64,000 bases of DNA from the human T2T-CHM13v2.0 reference genome, Homo sapiens: the NCBI RefSeq assembly GCF_009914755.1, contig NC_060929.1. One strand, 5' to 3'. Each line of letters opens with the position of its first letter. Position 1 is the first letter of the stretch. The notes under the pieces were generated by a model. The model was not told the DNA's origin. It made no database searches and worked only from the letters and a program-made list of their open reading frames with translations. Shown one piece after another: positions 28,192 through 41,561 of this stretch. A program made the translations under genes and the position numbers.

Positions 28192-30176
28192 GGCCCCACA
28201 CGAAAGGAGTAAAAATTGTTTACGAGATCTAAAGAGAGTAACGAGAGCAAACAGTCCAATTCCATGCTGCAGAAGCTCATCCCCACTAATTCATACGTGG
28301 GTCATTTAAATGATAGCAGAGGTCACCAAAACACAATTTGGTATCTTACAGAAAGAATAATGATATCTGATTGATTTTTCTAAAGCTCCAAATCAGGTTT
28401 TACTGAAGAATAATCCAATCCCAGTGCAGTAAACGAATGGGTATAATTTATAGGTTTACTCTGCTTTCAGAAAATGCACAATATAAAAGATTTCTATGCA
28501 CAAAAGAGGTAAATTTACAAGTAAACTTTTACAAGATGAGTCAATTCGAGAATCTATTAATACACTTGATCTCAGTCAAAAGGCCAAGAAGTAATCAAGT
28601 ATCTATTAATAGTATGCTTCCCCTTAATACATTTGAATACAATTTCATTTATGAGTCTTATATTTATAGTTACTTTTTCTAAGTAATAGGACATCTTAAC
28701 CTTGCAGAAATGGCATGAAATAGTTTTTTTTTAATCTTCAAGTTAAACAGCTATACATAAATGACAAATATAAGATTATTTCTGGAACATGACAGATGGT
28801 ATCAAGGTGATATGTTAAATCCACTTTGTATTTTACAGTATACTTTTTTTGTAAATGCTCTTCTATTCAATCCTATTGACAACACAATACCAAATATACA
28901 CCTAAGTCAATTTTTCATGTAAACTTCTAAAGATGTGCTCATAGAAGAGATGTTTACCGCAAGAAAAATTCTTTTTTAAAGGTTGACTTGCAATTAACAT
29001 GCGAGAGCATTTGCTCAAAGCACGTTCTTAATATACCACAGGGGCAAAGACTAGGAGTGACATGCAAAATATCACCAACTCCACCAGTTAACAACAATTA
29101 TCTCAGGACACTCATTAAGTTCTCACTACCAAATGTTATTCTCTAGAAAGCCAATATCTGATTAGTGTGGCTGAGATTAATTTAAGCTCTTGCTACTTAA
29201 ACAATAGCAAACCGATGCCCATTTTGTCACACTGAGAAGTAATGGAAGGCTACAAAATTAGAAAAGCAGTGTTTTGTTATTTATGTTTTAATGAGACACA
29301 TCACAAGAGGTGGCCTACAAACTGAAATGTTATTAAAACTTAAGTACTACGGGTTTGCATCTTTGCCAACAGAGGGTGTCCTTTAAGGAAAAGGAGGCAG
29401 AGCAGATGTCATTTGCTGATTCTTTCTGGACCACTCTCTCCTTGAGTGTCTGACATTAAATAGGTTTTCTCATTGGAGAACAGGATTTAGCAATGAAAAA
29501 GTAATATACCAACAAAATAATATTTTTCATATATTTAGGAATGGCCATCACAAACCTGCTGTTATGAAAATACATTTTTCTTCATTTATATAGTAAAATG
29601 TTTAAACTTAATTTGAGTGTTTCTTAGAATACTTTAAAAATGTATTTTAGACAGAATAAAGCCTGCAATATTTTAAAATGCACATTTTCTTTAAGCTACT
29701 AAGAAACAAGACGATTAAATGTTTTTCTGAGGGGCAGGTACAGAAATTGAAGTAACAAACTTGCAATAAACTTGGCTCTGGCTTTAATATTTCAGATCTA
29801 CTTAACCAAAAGTCTTGCTTTTTAATTTTAGCCATTGATCCATCCATTACCATAACTAACTAAACCTTACATAACAAGTTAACATTTTCTAAGCATTCCT
29901 CAGAATATGCAAGAAGCAGAAAAAAGATGCTAAGCTTTATTTATTAATTAATTCACTTAATTCAAGAATGTTTCATTGAGTGTAAACTATGTTTTAGAAA
30001 TACTAAAAGATATAATCAAAAGCCACATTATTATAAAATGATGAACATAATACTTATAACCTTGATGGATCAAATATTGTTTATTTTTTGTGACTGTAGT
30101 TGATATTAATGTTCCTACCTAGGAGCAGCAAAGTCATATTACTATCTCTATAACTATCAAAAATCAACTGAAGGTC

Positions 30177-30228
30177 AGCATTTCCTTTAGTCCTGTAAAT
30201 AAAATATTTCAGGACTAAAGGAAACGCT
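30177..30228. repeat. 19-bp inverted repeat with 14-bp spacer (hairpin or cruciform potential)
   Basis: AGCATTTCCTTTAGTCCTG (30177-30195) and CAGGACTAAAGGAAACGCT (30210-30228) are 18/19 complementary. Confidence 0.9.
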
Positions 30229-33200
30229 AGAAAAAAAATTAAAGGCAAGCTTTCCTAATTCACCAGTTTATTCATTCTTCGGTAGAAATACATGTAGTTA
30301 GTTACTTTGAATAAGGAAATGCTAAGAAACCTCCTCCATCTTTTAAGGTTTGTGAGTTTCCATCAATTCATAATCCGTAACTCTAATGGAATCCAGATAC
30401 TGTAAAATTTTGATATAGTTAAGACTGGTGCTATCTTTATGGTGTTCTGGCATATTTTAATACAGACAGCAGAAGAGAAGACTTTGTCACCCTACATGTA
30501 ACAAGGATTTACCATGTGGAAACAAAAGCTCAGGACCCTAGAAAAGCAGAAATACTAAAACATTTAAAACTACAATCTAGGTTAATGAATTGTAATTCTT
30601 TAGAGACCATTCTTGTCCTGAAAAAGAGTCAGGCAAAATTCTGCAACTCGAAACTGATGCCCACCACAAAAACATTAATAGTGAAAACTAGAAACATTGT
30701 AAAGAGATTTGTCAGGGCTCCAAATAGCTAAAAAGGATACCGTGAAATTTAGGTGAAATATTAAACATATAATTGATGATAATCTCTCTGCCCAGCCTGT
30801 TCCCTTTATCTTAACTGCTATAAGTATTGATATGAAAGTCTCAGTTCAACAGAGCATGTATTTTAAGCTTACTTTTAATTTAAAATGGCTAAGACTAAAT
30901 TATTTTAGTGGAATATAAAAGCACTCAGAAGATGAGATTTCAGGCATCATTCATGAAAGAGTTAAGCACTTCCTCACCAGAAGACAGCCACAACTCTGCT
31001 TTGTAGTGACTAATTGCCTCTTTAACCCCTGTGCTCTGGGAGTTGGCCTGTGCTTCAATACTAGTTTTGTGCTACAGCCAAAGACTGATGTTCAACATAG
31101 ACCTCCCATGACCTGTGTAGCCAAGGAGGCAACTCAGACAAGATGCTGACAAAAGGTTTCCTTCTCATTTGGGAAGGCATAAAATCTCTTTTTGGATAAG
31201 CCAAATTCTCAGAAGACTACAAAACACAGGAGGTAAAGATAATTTATAAAAGTTAAAGGAATGGTTTCTCACTTGAGCTAAGAATGATTCTAAGCATCCC
31301 AATGTATCACTCAAAATTTTGTTCAAAAATGGTTTTAGTAATACGAAAAAAAAGTTTAGTTATTTTAAATGCAATGAAGACGGTACCTAATTTGATGCCT
31401 TTGAAAGCTTATAATTAGATAGCTATAATCAAATACAGAGGAAAGCAGGTCAACATCTTCATTCCAAATGTTTCCCGTATGCTTTAAACATTCATAACCA
31501 GGAAGCCTGCACTTTGTCATTAATTTTTAAGCCTGGCAACTTCTGGTTTGATCAAAAACTAATAAAAAAATTTTACAGGAGATTTTACATAGAGATTATA
31601 CAAAACTAATTAATCCTGCAAGCAGGATGGCAGAATAGGATAGTCATGACTTCTTGTTATTTTTTAAAAGGGAAGGAATGAGGAAGGAGTTGTAGATTAG
31701 GGAGCAGAAAAAGTGTAGGCAGTGGGAACAAAGTAACCCACATATTCATTCAGAAATAAGAAAGGAGAAGAATCACACAAGCTTGAGGAAGGCAGGGACC
31801 TACATAAATTTGACACTATTGATACTTAGCCAGATTGTACTCTGAATCCTTTGAGTCTCAAGGATCATCACTGAATATATAAAACCTGCTTCCAAAGCTC
31901 TTGGGACTGCCATTGCTTTACTCTTATTTTTCCCATATAATTGCACATTAATGTTCACATCAGAGGCAAATCATCTTTGCTGTAACATTTGTAAGAAAGA
32001 GGTAGCAGGTCATGTTAAGTTGTTTTGGTGCACTGTGTTTATGCAGAGAGATAACTTTTTACTTAAAAAATAATTCTTTTTATTTATAGAAATATGTGGA
32101 CTATATTTAAAAAAGAATGTGACAATAAAAGGCATCAACCAATAATTCTCTATAAAAATTATGTAGTTTATTTTTTTAATCCAAAAGAAAGGAAGATAGC
32201 TGATTTTGGTTATTTTTTTTTTAACCGAAGGATAGAGAAAGTCTTCCACATTTCCTTTTTAATGTTCAAGTAAATGCTATAGGATTAGAATTCGAGATTC
32301 CAGAAGAGGCTATTGAATCTTACGTAGCTTCTCAGGCTATCAGGCCATTTCAGTGGTTCCTAACGTTAAAAAGTCCATTTGTCTGTAAAATAAATATACT
32401 TCTAGAGGTTTCTTTCTAAACTGTTTAATAATGCAAAAACTTGGTTATAAATAACTTATAATCAAAGGACTATGTAGTATACGTGTACATGTATGTACAT
32501 ACACTTATGAAGAGAACTCTTAACAAATATATTTTTTCCTTATCAATATTGTCACTAAATCAACAAATACATAGTTGTTGTGTGTGCACTAAATAAAATA
32601 ATTTAGCAGCCTAACCTCTGAAATACCATAATCACAAAAGTCCAGGTTGCTCTGCATGGATTAGTCACCAGTCTATTCCCTCTGAAGAGAAACACATCTC
32701 TGTTCATAGGGAGAGTGGTGGAAAGCTAATGAAACCAGTGTGGAAGACTGATAGAGACCACAGGGAGGAAGTATTACCCATTTTCTCCTTGCAGAAAGTT
32801 GCAAAAGCAAGACAGTAAGTAAACACGGAGAAAGGAGAAGGCACATTTCACTATTTGTTTCAGACAGTGGGTACCTCTGCAGGCAACATCATGTCTGACA
32901 GCCAGCAGAAACAACCAACATTCCCAATCCAGTACTCAGATTTGCGTTATTTTAAAGGATAAACCAAAATGAACAGTGCATCTCTTTGGCGTATTTTGAA
33001 ATGATCTACTATTAATTAATACAGTTACTGTTCTGTCTGCATAATCAACAAACCATTTAGCAAAAGAGAGTAACTGTATTAAAAACTTCTGCTCTACACA
33101 AACAGCACTCCTTTCAAGTACCCAACTAAATAAAGGCATAACATTCTGGCATTCTGTGAAAGAAAGATTGAGAGTTCAGGAGAAATAGTTTATTATTTTC

Positions 33201-34801
33201 AAAAGTCATTAGTGGAATAAGGAAGGGGAGCAATGGCAGGTGTTTGAAAGAGATGGCAGGTAAATGTGCCTGGAATCAGTTGGTCAGTTTTGTGCTTCTA
33301 TAGGTCGTGAGGGCATCATGAATTCCATCCTGGTAATGACAGAATTTTATAGAAAAAAATAAAGTTAGAGCATAAATTCATTTTTTGGAGATCTTTTATT
33401 GAAAGGTAAGCACAGACAGGGTCATTAGATTCACAATACTATTAGGCCATTTGGCAACATTTGGGGCTCTGGGAAAAGTAAGAGCAATTCAATGACATAT
33501 CGCACTCTGAAAAAGGTGACAAATTATAAAAGGTAACAGTATAAGCAAGTTAGCGAATGTGGATATATACTCAGGGAAGCATTAGTTGAGTTAGTAATTT
33601 AAGTTTGTGGAGAGAACACTGTAATGGGGAAAAAGAAAAGAAATAATACTCCATATATTGCACAATTACTAAGGAGCCCAAATTTATTTTAGCTGTTTAC
33701 TTATATTTAGCTGTATTCGATTAGAAATTCATATAAAACTATAAAAGAAATATTTGAGAAAGGCAATGAGGGTAAAAAATAGGTAGAAAAATAATAAAAT
33801 CTGGGATATACCCATCCTGAAGGCATTCATATAATTCAGACCTGGAAAGCTTCCACAAGTGGGATAAAATTTCAAGCTTTCAAAGAACCAAAGAAAGAGG
33901 GAAGCATGGTAATTTATGCATAATATCATAGGAGTTAAAAAAATCAGATGTTCAAAAGAAGCTACAAAAAGGCTAGATATGCTTGAGGCATTTCTGGTGG
34001 AAGGCTGACGTTTTAAGAAAGTTCAAAGTATTCTGCATCCATTTAGAAAATGTCCTCCCACTTCTTAATAGCATTGTAAACTTAATCCATGAGAAACTGG
34101 TCTCTCAAAAAAAAGTTTTAAAAATCAGAAAGTATCATTGTACATGGTTAGCAACATAATACAGTAATAAAACAGAGATGATACTTCACTACACCTGTAT
34201 TTTACTGAATTTTAACACTTCAGGTAGAAAATCAATTGGTTATAGATAATGGAAATGCATCTGCAATGCTGACTGCCAAAATTCTGTGTGTGTGTGTTTA
34301 GAACCTGGTACTGAAGTTGGGAACTAAATTCAACTTCTCTAAGTCTCTTCTATAAAATGGAAACTACAATATCTACCTCCAAGGATTTTGTGAAGGTTAC
34401 ATTTCATAACGTTTGCAAAGACACTTTTAGTCATTTAACAAACATTTGCTAACATCTACTTTGTCATTAATTATTTGGATACAAAGACAGATAAATCTCT
34501 TCCCAAAGGGAATTCACAATCTTCTCAACTTTAAATATCCTCCACATAAATAAGGCAGGGTTATTTAGAACAAAATAGTATTTCCTAAGGTACATTTCTC
34601 AGAAAACTAGCACTCTGGGGCTTTAATATTTGACATATGCAAGAAACAGTAAGTTTATGTTAAATCAAGTCCATTTTTTTTTATTTAGCAAAAATACAAA
34701 TGTAAAGTACGTAGAGCAGCACCTAGCATACAGTAAGCAATTAAATGTTATTTATCATTATTGAGGCCCTAGCATGGAACCTGGCACACTTAAAAAATAC
34801 C

Positions 34802-35263
34802 TGTAGTAGGCCGAACGGTGACCCCCAAGGACATCAGGTCCTAATTCACAGAGCCAATAAATGTTACCTTCCATGGAAAGAGTGTCTGCAGGTATGATTT
34901 TGAGATGGAGAGATTTTATCTTGGATTATCTGGGTGGGCTGTAAATGCAATCACTAGCATACTCACAAGAGAGAGGCAAATGAAGATTTGACACTGACAG
35001 AGAAGAGAAGGCAATATTACTACAGAAACAGAGATTGGGGTGATGTGGCCACAAGCCAAGGAATTCCTGTAGCTATCAGAAGCTGGAAAGACAAGGATTG
35101 GATTCTTCCGTAGAGCCTCCAGACAGGGGATGACACCCTGATATTGGCCAGGGAAACTAGTTTTGGACTTCTGTCCTTCACTATTGTGAGAGAAAATGTT
35201 TTCATTGTTTTTAAACTACAAGGTTGAGGTAATTTTTTACAGTAGTCACAGGAAACTAATACA
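34802..35263 (+). mobile_element. MLT1 (C/D-type) MaLR solo LTR
   Basis: TG...CA ends; GAGATGGGAGATTTTATCTTGGATTATCTGGGTGGGC; GCCACAAGCCAAGGAA; 3' end CACAGGAAACTAATACA. Confidence 0.88.
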
Positions 35264-35484
35264 GTGTCTAAGAATGATATTAATCACTGGATTACATGTG
35301 TAACACCAAGGAATTTGATTTATAAAGGTAACATGTTAATGGCAATTAAGATGATGTGATTGGATGGAACAAAATTTTAAGTTGTTGTGACAAAGACAAA
35401 AAAAGAAAACCTATACTTAGAGAACGCTACCATATCTTCAGCCTGAATTAGAATAAATTCCAAAAGGTATGTATTTAAAACTTG

Positions 35485-36240
35485 AAACTTTTTTAGAATA
35501 AAGACTCATTTTCCTCTGATATAATGGAAAATTTCAAGTGAAAAAGTTGACAGAATTGTGTAGTAAAAAACCCATTATCCATCACTTAGATTCTATAATT
35601 AACATTTTGCTATATTTGCTTTATCTCAGATGTATCCATCTATCTCTTTATTCATCCCTGTATCCATCCATCAGTTTATCTTATTTTTTATGCATTTCAA
35701 AGTGCAGACATTGATACATTTTACTCCTAAACACTTTAGCATACACATCATAAACTACAGATGAATGTTTGTTAATGGTTATTTATTAAGTAAATTTTAC
35801 TCACTGTGAAATTTGTGATGTGGGCACAAATCTTAAAAGCAATCGGTTTTGACAAATGCATATATATGTCTACCTCGAACCCCTAACAAGATCTAGAGTA
35901 TTCCTAACACCACCGAGTTCCTTCATGCCCAATGCCCATTCCCACTCACAAATGCAACTACCGTTGTAGATGTTTTTGTTACTTTGTTTTATTTTACAGT
36001 AGCTTAGTTTTATCCATTTTCTTTTGTGAGTAAAAACCTAAAAGTGAAATTGCAGAGTCACAGAGTATTAGTAGTACACACGTAGTAGGTGCGCAATTAG
36101 TTTTATAAGAAACTGCCAAATCTTCTTCCAAAGCTGTTATACCATTTTATATTCCTACCAACACATAGAATTTTAGTTGCTCCACATCCTCAACAACATA
36201 GATGTTATCAGGCTTTCAAATTTTAGACATTCTGATGAGT
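35485..36240 (-). mobile_element. Old L1M(E) 3' fragments
   Basis: AAAAGTGAAATTGCAGAGTCA...AACTGCCAAATCTTCTTCCAAAGCTGTTATACCATTTTATATTCCTACCAAC is antisense L1M. Confidence 0.7.
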
Positions 36241-37730
36241 TCGTAAAGACGAGTTCAACATTAAAAAATTTAAAGATTCCATAATAACAATTCTACTCTT
36301 ATTATTTTTCATTAAGGAAATACACAATGACAAAAAGTAACTAGAAATTGGGTAATATTTTTAAAGTAATTCATATACTTCCTGAATTTTGAAAAAGTGT
36401 ACAAGACATAAAAATATATATGTGTCATATAATTAATGCATTTTACAGGCAATACTTGTTGTAAACCCCATGCAATAGCTTTCTGGGCCCAGATAACATT
36501 TCACATGCTAGTTCTTTGGGATATCTTCATGGTTAATTCTATTTATTTCATCACCTTTATTCCAAGCAACCTACATATCCAGCAACGACCAGACAACTTC
36601 AGGACACACACCTTTAGTCATTGCATATAGCCCTCAATATTATATTACATGTAGTTCTCCACTTTATCTCTAATGAGTTGAACTGGAAGTTGGGAACCAA
36701 TTTTAAAATCAGCCCCAAACTGTCATCCTTGTTAGCATCAGGCTTTTCATTTAAGGTTTCTACTCTAACTGAATACTTGATGGAAGACCTTACATAATGT
36801 TGTAACTTAAAAGGTACACTGCTTATCCTATCACCGAAAGAATTCTTAAAATTGTGTTGCCAGAAACTGGATTAGGACTCTGGCATTAGCCAGCAAATAG
36901 TAAAGCTAGATACCATGTACCTCCCAGCAGTTTTCTTCAAATCACTGAAAATAAAAAAGGAATTTCTTTTTTTTTACTATTTCTAATTAATACTTGAGTA
37001 AATTGCTCAATTTTAAGAAACATGCAGTTATTTATTTTCATAGCTATGAATACTGTATATGAAATAAAAATCTTCACTGAAACATGCTAAAACCTTAGAA
37101 GTTTTCAAATGAACATAAAGCTGCTTTGTATTATTAGAGAGACAAACTATTATTTTTCATAAGATTAATGTTTTAAAAATGGAAACCACTGAGAAATAAT
37201 TGCAAAGTTAAAAACTGTATCAAAGCTTTTAAAAGTCATTTTACACTGTTACACTATTCAATTATGCCATATAATTTTCAGAATATTCAACCTAATTCTT
37301 TTTAAAGTAAACTTACTATCAACCTCAAGGTTTTCATTTATTGACATGAAGGGTAATTTATCTTCTCTCATTGTTCTTTATAATGTTTGGCATTTTGAAG
37401 CAATGAAAGACTATTCACAGGAACCCTTCCCCCAATAAACATTACATAATTTTTTTCTACTAATGATCTAATACAGAAAGCCATGGAAAGTGACTCCAAA
37501 TTACTCAATTGTTTTCAAATTTAAAGAAATTGATCTCTCAGTGTGTAGTTATGTACCTTTATAGTTATGTACCTTTATAAATAGTTATGTTTATACCTTT
37601 CTTCTAAGAACAATGATTAGAATCAATGACTACAAATAATTGCAAAGGAGAATAAATGCATACTTATTGCAAAAATTAATACAGAGTCCAAATCTGTGAG
37701 TTTAAAAATCTCTCATAATAGCTAGCATAA

Positions 37731-38101
<371 letters not shown>

Positions 38102-40029
38102 TGGGAGAGGAAGAATTTTTACATGGCCAGCCAGCTTTGTATTCACACAAATGCAGTACCACCATATTTATTATTGAGCCTTGTTTCCAATGCCCATGCC
38201 CAGCCACCTTAAGTCTAGAGTTCAGCCAAACACCTAAAGCACTCTACCCTTGAAATCTGAGATATTATTGCCTGATCCAAGCCAGATTAAAGGTGTGGAG
38301 AGGCCATGAAGACCTGGGAAAAAAATATGGTTCCTTTTCCCTCTAGTTTTGTGAAAAATAACAATGAAAATACTAAATTGTACAATTAATAAAAGGAAAA
38401 CCAAAGTCTAATTTTTTTCAGATTGTTTATGCTGCTCTCGTCATGCTGATACACTAAGGCTGTGCCTGGTATACCTAACAATAATCCAGGAGAAAGAATG
38501 AGTTTGTAGAAAGTGACTGCTGACCGTACTGGCACCAGTCTATTTTCCTGTTTTATGGATTGAGATGACTGTGCCAGTTTTTTTTGTTGCTGTTCAAATG
38601 TTGGCCCCATCTATTATTTTCAATGTAGCTAGAAACTCTGGATATTGACTTCTGGTTCATATATTCTTCATAACTTTGTCTGTGGGTCCACTGGACATAT
38701 TTATTACAAAGATGGTTTCTCAAAACAATAAACCTTTCATACACTTAGATTCCATGAGAGTCACAAGGAAGCATCTCAGGCATATTTTGCGTGGCTGAGT
38801 CAGGGTGTCAAATAAACTTCTGAATATGGATACCTTTAGATCAGATGTGCACTCTCCAGTCCTGAGCATTCCCTAATGTTACATTTGATGCACTTTCTTC
38901 ATTTACATTCCGTATCTGGCCCTCACAGAAATTTAAGTTTGCAACCCCTACGAATACCATATACATTGCCTCCACATGAATTTGAAACCCATAATTCAGA
39001 CCCAAGCGCTTATGTCTTCTCATAGTGACCATTGCTCCTAACCCCTAGTTTCCCTTCATTTTGTTGTGACCATTGTATGAAGTATGTCATCATGCTGACC
39101 CGACTTCCTCCTGCTCTGGCCTGACTTTTCCGGCTACCATTCATCACATAGCCACTGGCAGCAGGACTCACGCTTATCTTAGATTAGATACTCAAAACAG
39201 GTTTGTTGAACGAATGAGAGAAGAATTGATGCACAGTAATAAGGCAAGTCATATTGTTATATACTTAGCATTTGAATAATTTTTATTATTCAGAATACTA
39301 CTTTTGTTAAGAATATTTCAACAAAGTAGGGCATTATTTTTAGGCATGAGGACTGGTTTGCTTATAGTTAGGAAGAGAAATACCTAGGCAAAACTTGTCT
39401 AATAAAAGGGATAAAAAGCTTGTGGTAACAAAACAAAGGGAATTAAAAGGAGAAAAGGCTGCATATGTAGATCCCTAGGGTTTAAAATATAAATAATAAG
39501 GTAAGAATATGTAATGAAACATAAAGTAGCTTCTGCTGAATTTCTCTCAGTAAACATATCTCCTATGCTAGGTAAGACAAAAGGATTGAGAAGACACCAT
39601 GATATTTATTTTACAGTAAGCAAAAAAACAACAGAAGCTATAATAATTTTTGACAATATTATGGGTATTGAAAATTATAAAGTGCCATTAATTTCAAGAA
39701 ACTCATTTTACACTTCTTGATATTGGAAAAGAAACATTTACCTAAGGGAGGTAAATTTACTTTCCATGAAAATTTCCACTGTAAGACAAGGAAAATATCA
39801 CAGTTTGTCAATGTGAGAGTAAATACCATAGTAAGACAATATGGGATTTGCTAGCGATTATTTTCAAAGAAGGTAGATGAGGTAAACAATATAGTTTAAA
39901 GGTACATTTTATTAATACTCTTAACATTTATTTACTTACAGAATTAAGACAACATGTTTACTTGAGGTACCTGGAACATACCTAACTCTTTTTAGTTTAA
40001 TTCAGAAGTGGCAGTGGCTTTAACAGGCA

Positions 40030-40250
40030 GAATGACAGGGTGCTCTGGCCACAGACTCAGCAGTCTGAGTTCCCAGGACCAAATCCAGGCTTGCAGACCT
40101 CAGCAAGTTAGTGTCTCACATTCCTTATTTTTACAGTGGGGGCAATAAGATCTACCTCAAAGGGTTTTTGTAAGAATTAAAATAAATGCTGTATGTAAAG
40201 AGTTTAGAATAGTGCCTTGGATACATTGGTACATGTGTTAGTTATTATTA
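40030..40250 (+). mobile_element. MIR
   Basis: GACCTCAGCAAGTTAGTGTCTCACATTCCTTATTTTTACAGTGGGGGCAATAAGATCTACCTCAAAGGGTTTTTGTAAGAATTAAA. Confidence 0.75.
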
Positions 40251-40269
40251 CTTGAATTAAATTTTCCCT

Positions 40270-40962
40270 TATCTCTAGACATTATGTGCCTCGTGATTTC
40301 ATATAACAAGACATACCCCACACCATCTATGTAGTATCTTGCCCCAAAATAAAAAAACTGAATTTAAACAAGCCTCTAATTTACCTATCAATTTACAAGA
40401 AATGTAACGGAAGGAGGCAAGCAGCAAAACATATGGAATGGCACCATAAGAAGATGATTAGCTAAATACAGAATGAAAGAAATTTTGCACGACAAATGAT
40501 TCATGTTCTTCAACAAATAAATGACATGCAAAAATAGGGAACGGGATGTTAGTTATTTAAAAAGACCTAAGAGCTATATCAACCAAATGAAACACTTGAC
40601 CTAACTTGGATCCTAATTTGAATAAGTAAGCTGAAAAGGGCATTTTTTGAGACAGGAAAAATTTAACATAGGTTCCATATTATATAATATTAAGAAATTA
40701 TTATTACATTTGTTAGTTGTAATAACAGGACTGTATGTGTACATTTTTTTAAAAAACCCATCTGATAGAGATAACTGAAGCATTTATACATGATAATTTT
40801 TTTGAGATTTATGTTAAAATACGCCAAAAAAACCCTCAAAGTTTAGGGGATCAGAAGATGAAATATCAATGGCAAAATGTTGGCAATTGTGTTTCGGTGA
40901 TGGGTACACAAAGTTTCATTATATGATTCTATATTTATGTGTTTGAAACTTTCCACAATAAA
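40270..40962 (+). mobile_element. L1MC/ME-type 3' UTR fragment
   Basis: GACATTATGTGCCTC...TTCTTCAACAAATAAAT...GGTGATGGGTACACAAAGTTTCATTAT...TTTGAAACTTTCCACAATAAA. Confidence 0.75.
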
Positions 40963-40989
40963 TGTGAAATTTCACAAATTCATTATCTT

Positions 40990-41561
40990 GTGGATTTAAC
41001 ATTTCTGTTTGCCCTTAAATTTGTTTATATGCCTATCATATTTGTTACTTTACTTGAGCAATTTAATTGAATGTTATATTATAATGAATAAATATGAACA
41101 CAAAAGAGAGATAATTATTTCTATAAAACTACATTGAATGCATATATTTGATAAAGGCAATTCACAAAAAAATATGCTTTTGAATTAGGTGTGAGTGAGA
41201 TAATTGTAAAAATTTAGAGAATGTAAAAGTTGGTAAAACTTAAAAGGTTTCTACACTTAAATTGCTTCACAAGTATCTTAGTGATAACCTCACCATGATG
41301 TACTGAAAACTGGAAATCCTTGATGATATACTCGGGGTGTGGTTTATATTAGAAAGAAAACATGAAACTCCCAACAGTACACTTAGATGCAGATAAAAGG
41401 TCTCAGGTCTAAGTAGAAGACTAGTGAATAAATGGACATTTAAATAATTTTTAAAGATACAAATGTTTAAAATATTTTATTTTACAATCTTCCTCTTGCT
41501 TTACCTCTTTAAATGAACAAATACTAATTCCTACCAGGGCAGAAAAGAGGGCCTTCTACTG
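40990..41561 (+). mobile_element. TcMar-Tigger-type DNA transposon fossil with CENP-B/pogo-like HTH remnant
   Basis: Frameshifted translation FDKGNSQK.YAFELGVSEIIVKI* (about 41147-41217) and KLEILDDILGVWFILERKHETP (about 41307-41372) resemble the two N-terminal HTH domains of pogo/Tigger transposases. The right end GGGCCTTCTACTG is the reverse complement of a CAGT-type TIR. Confidence 0.65.
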
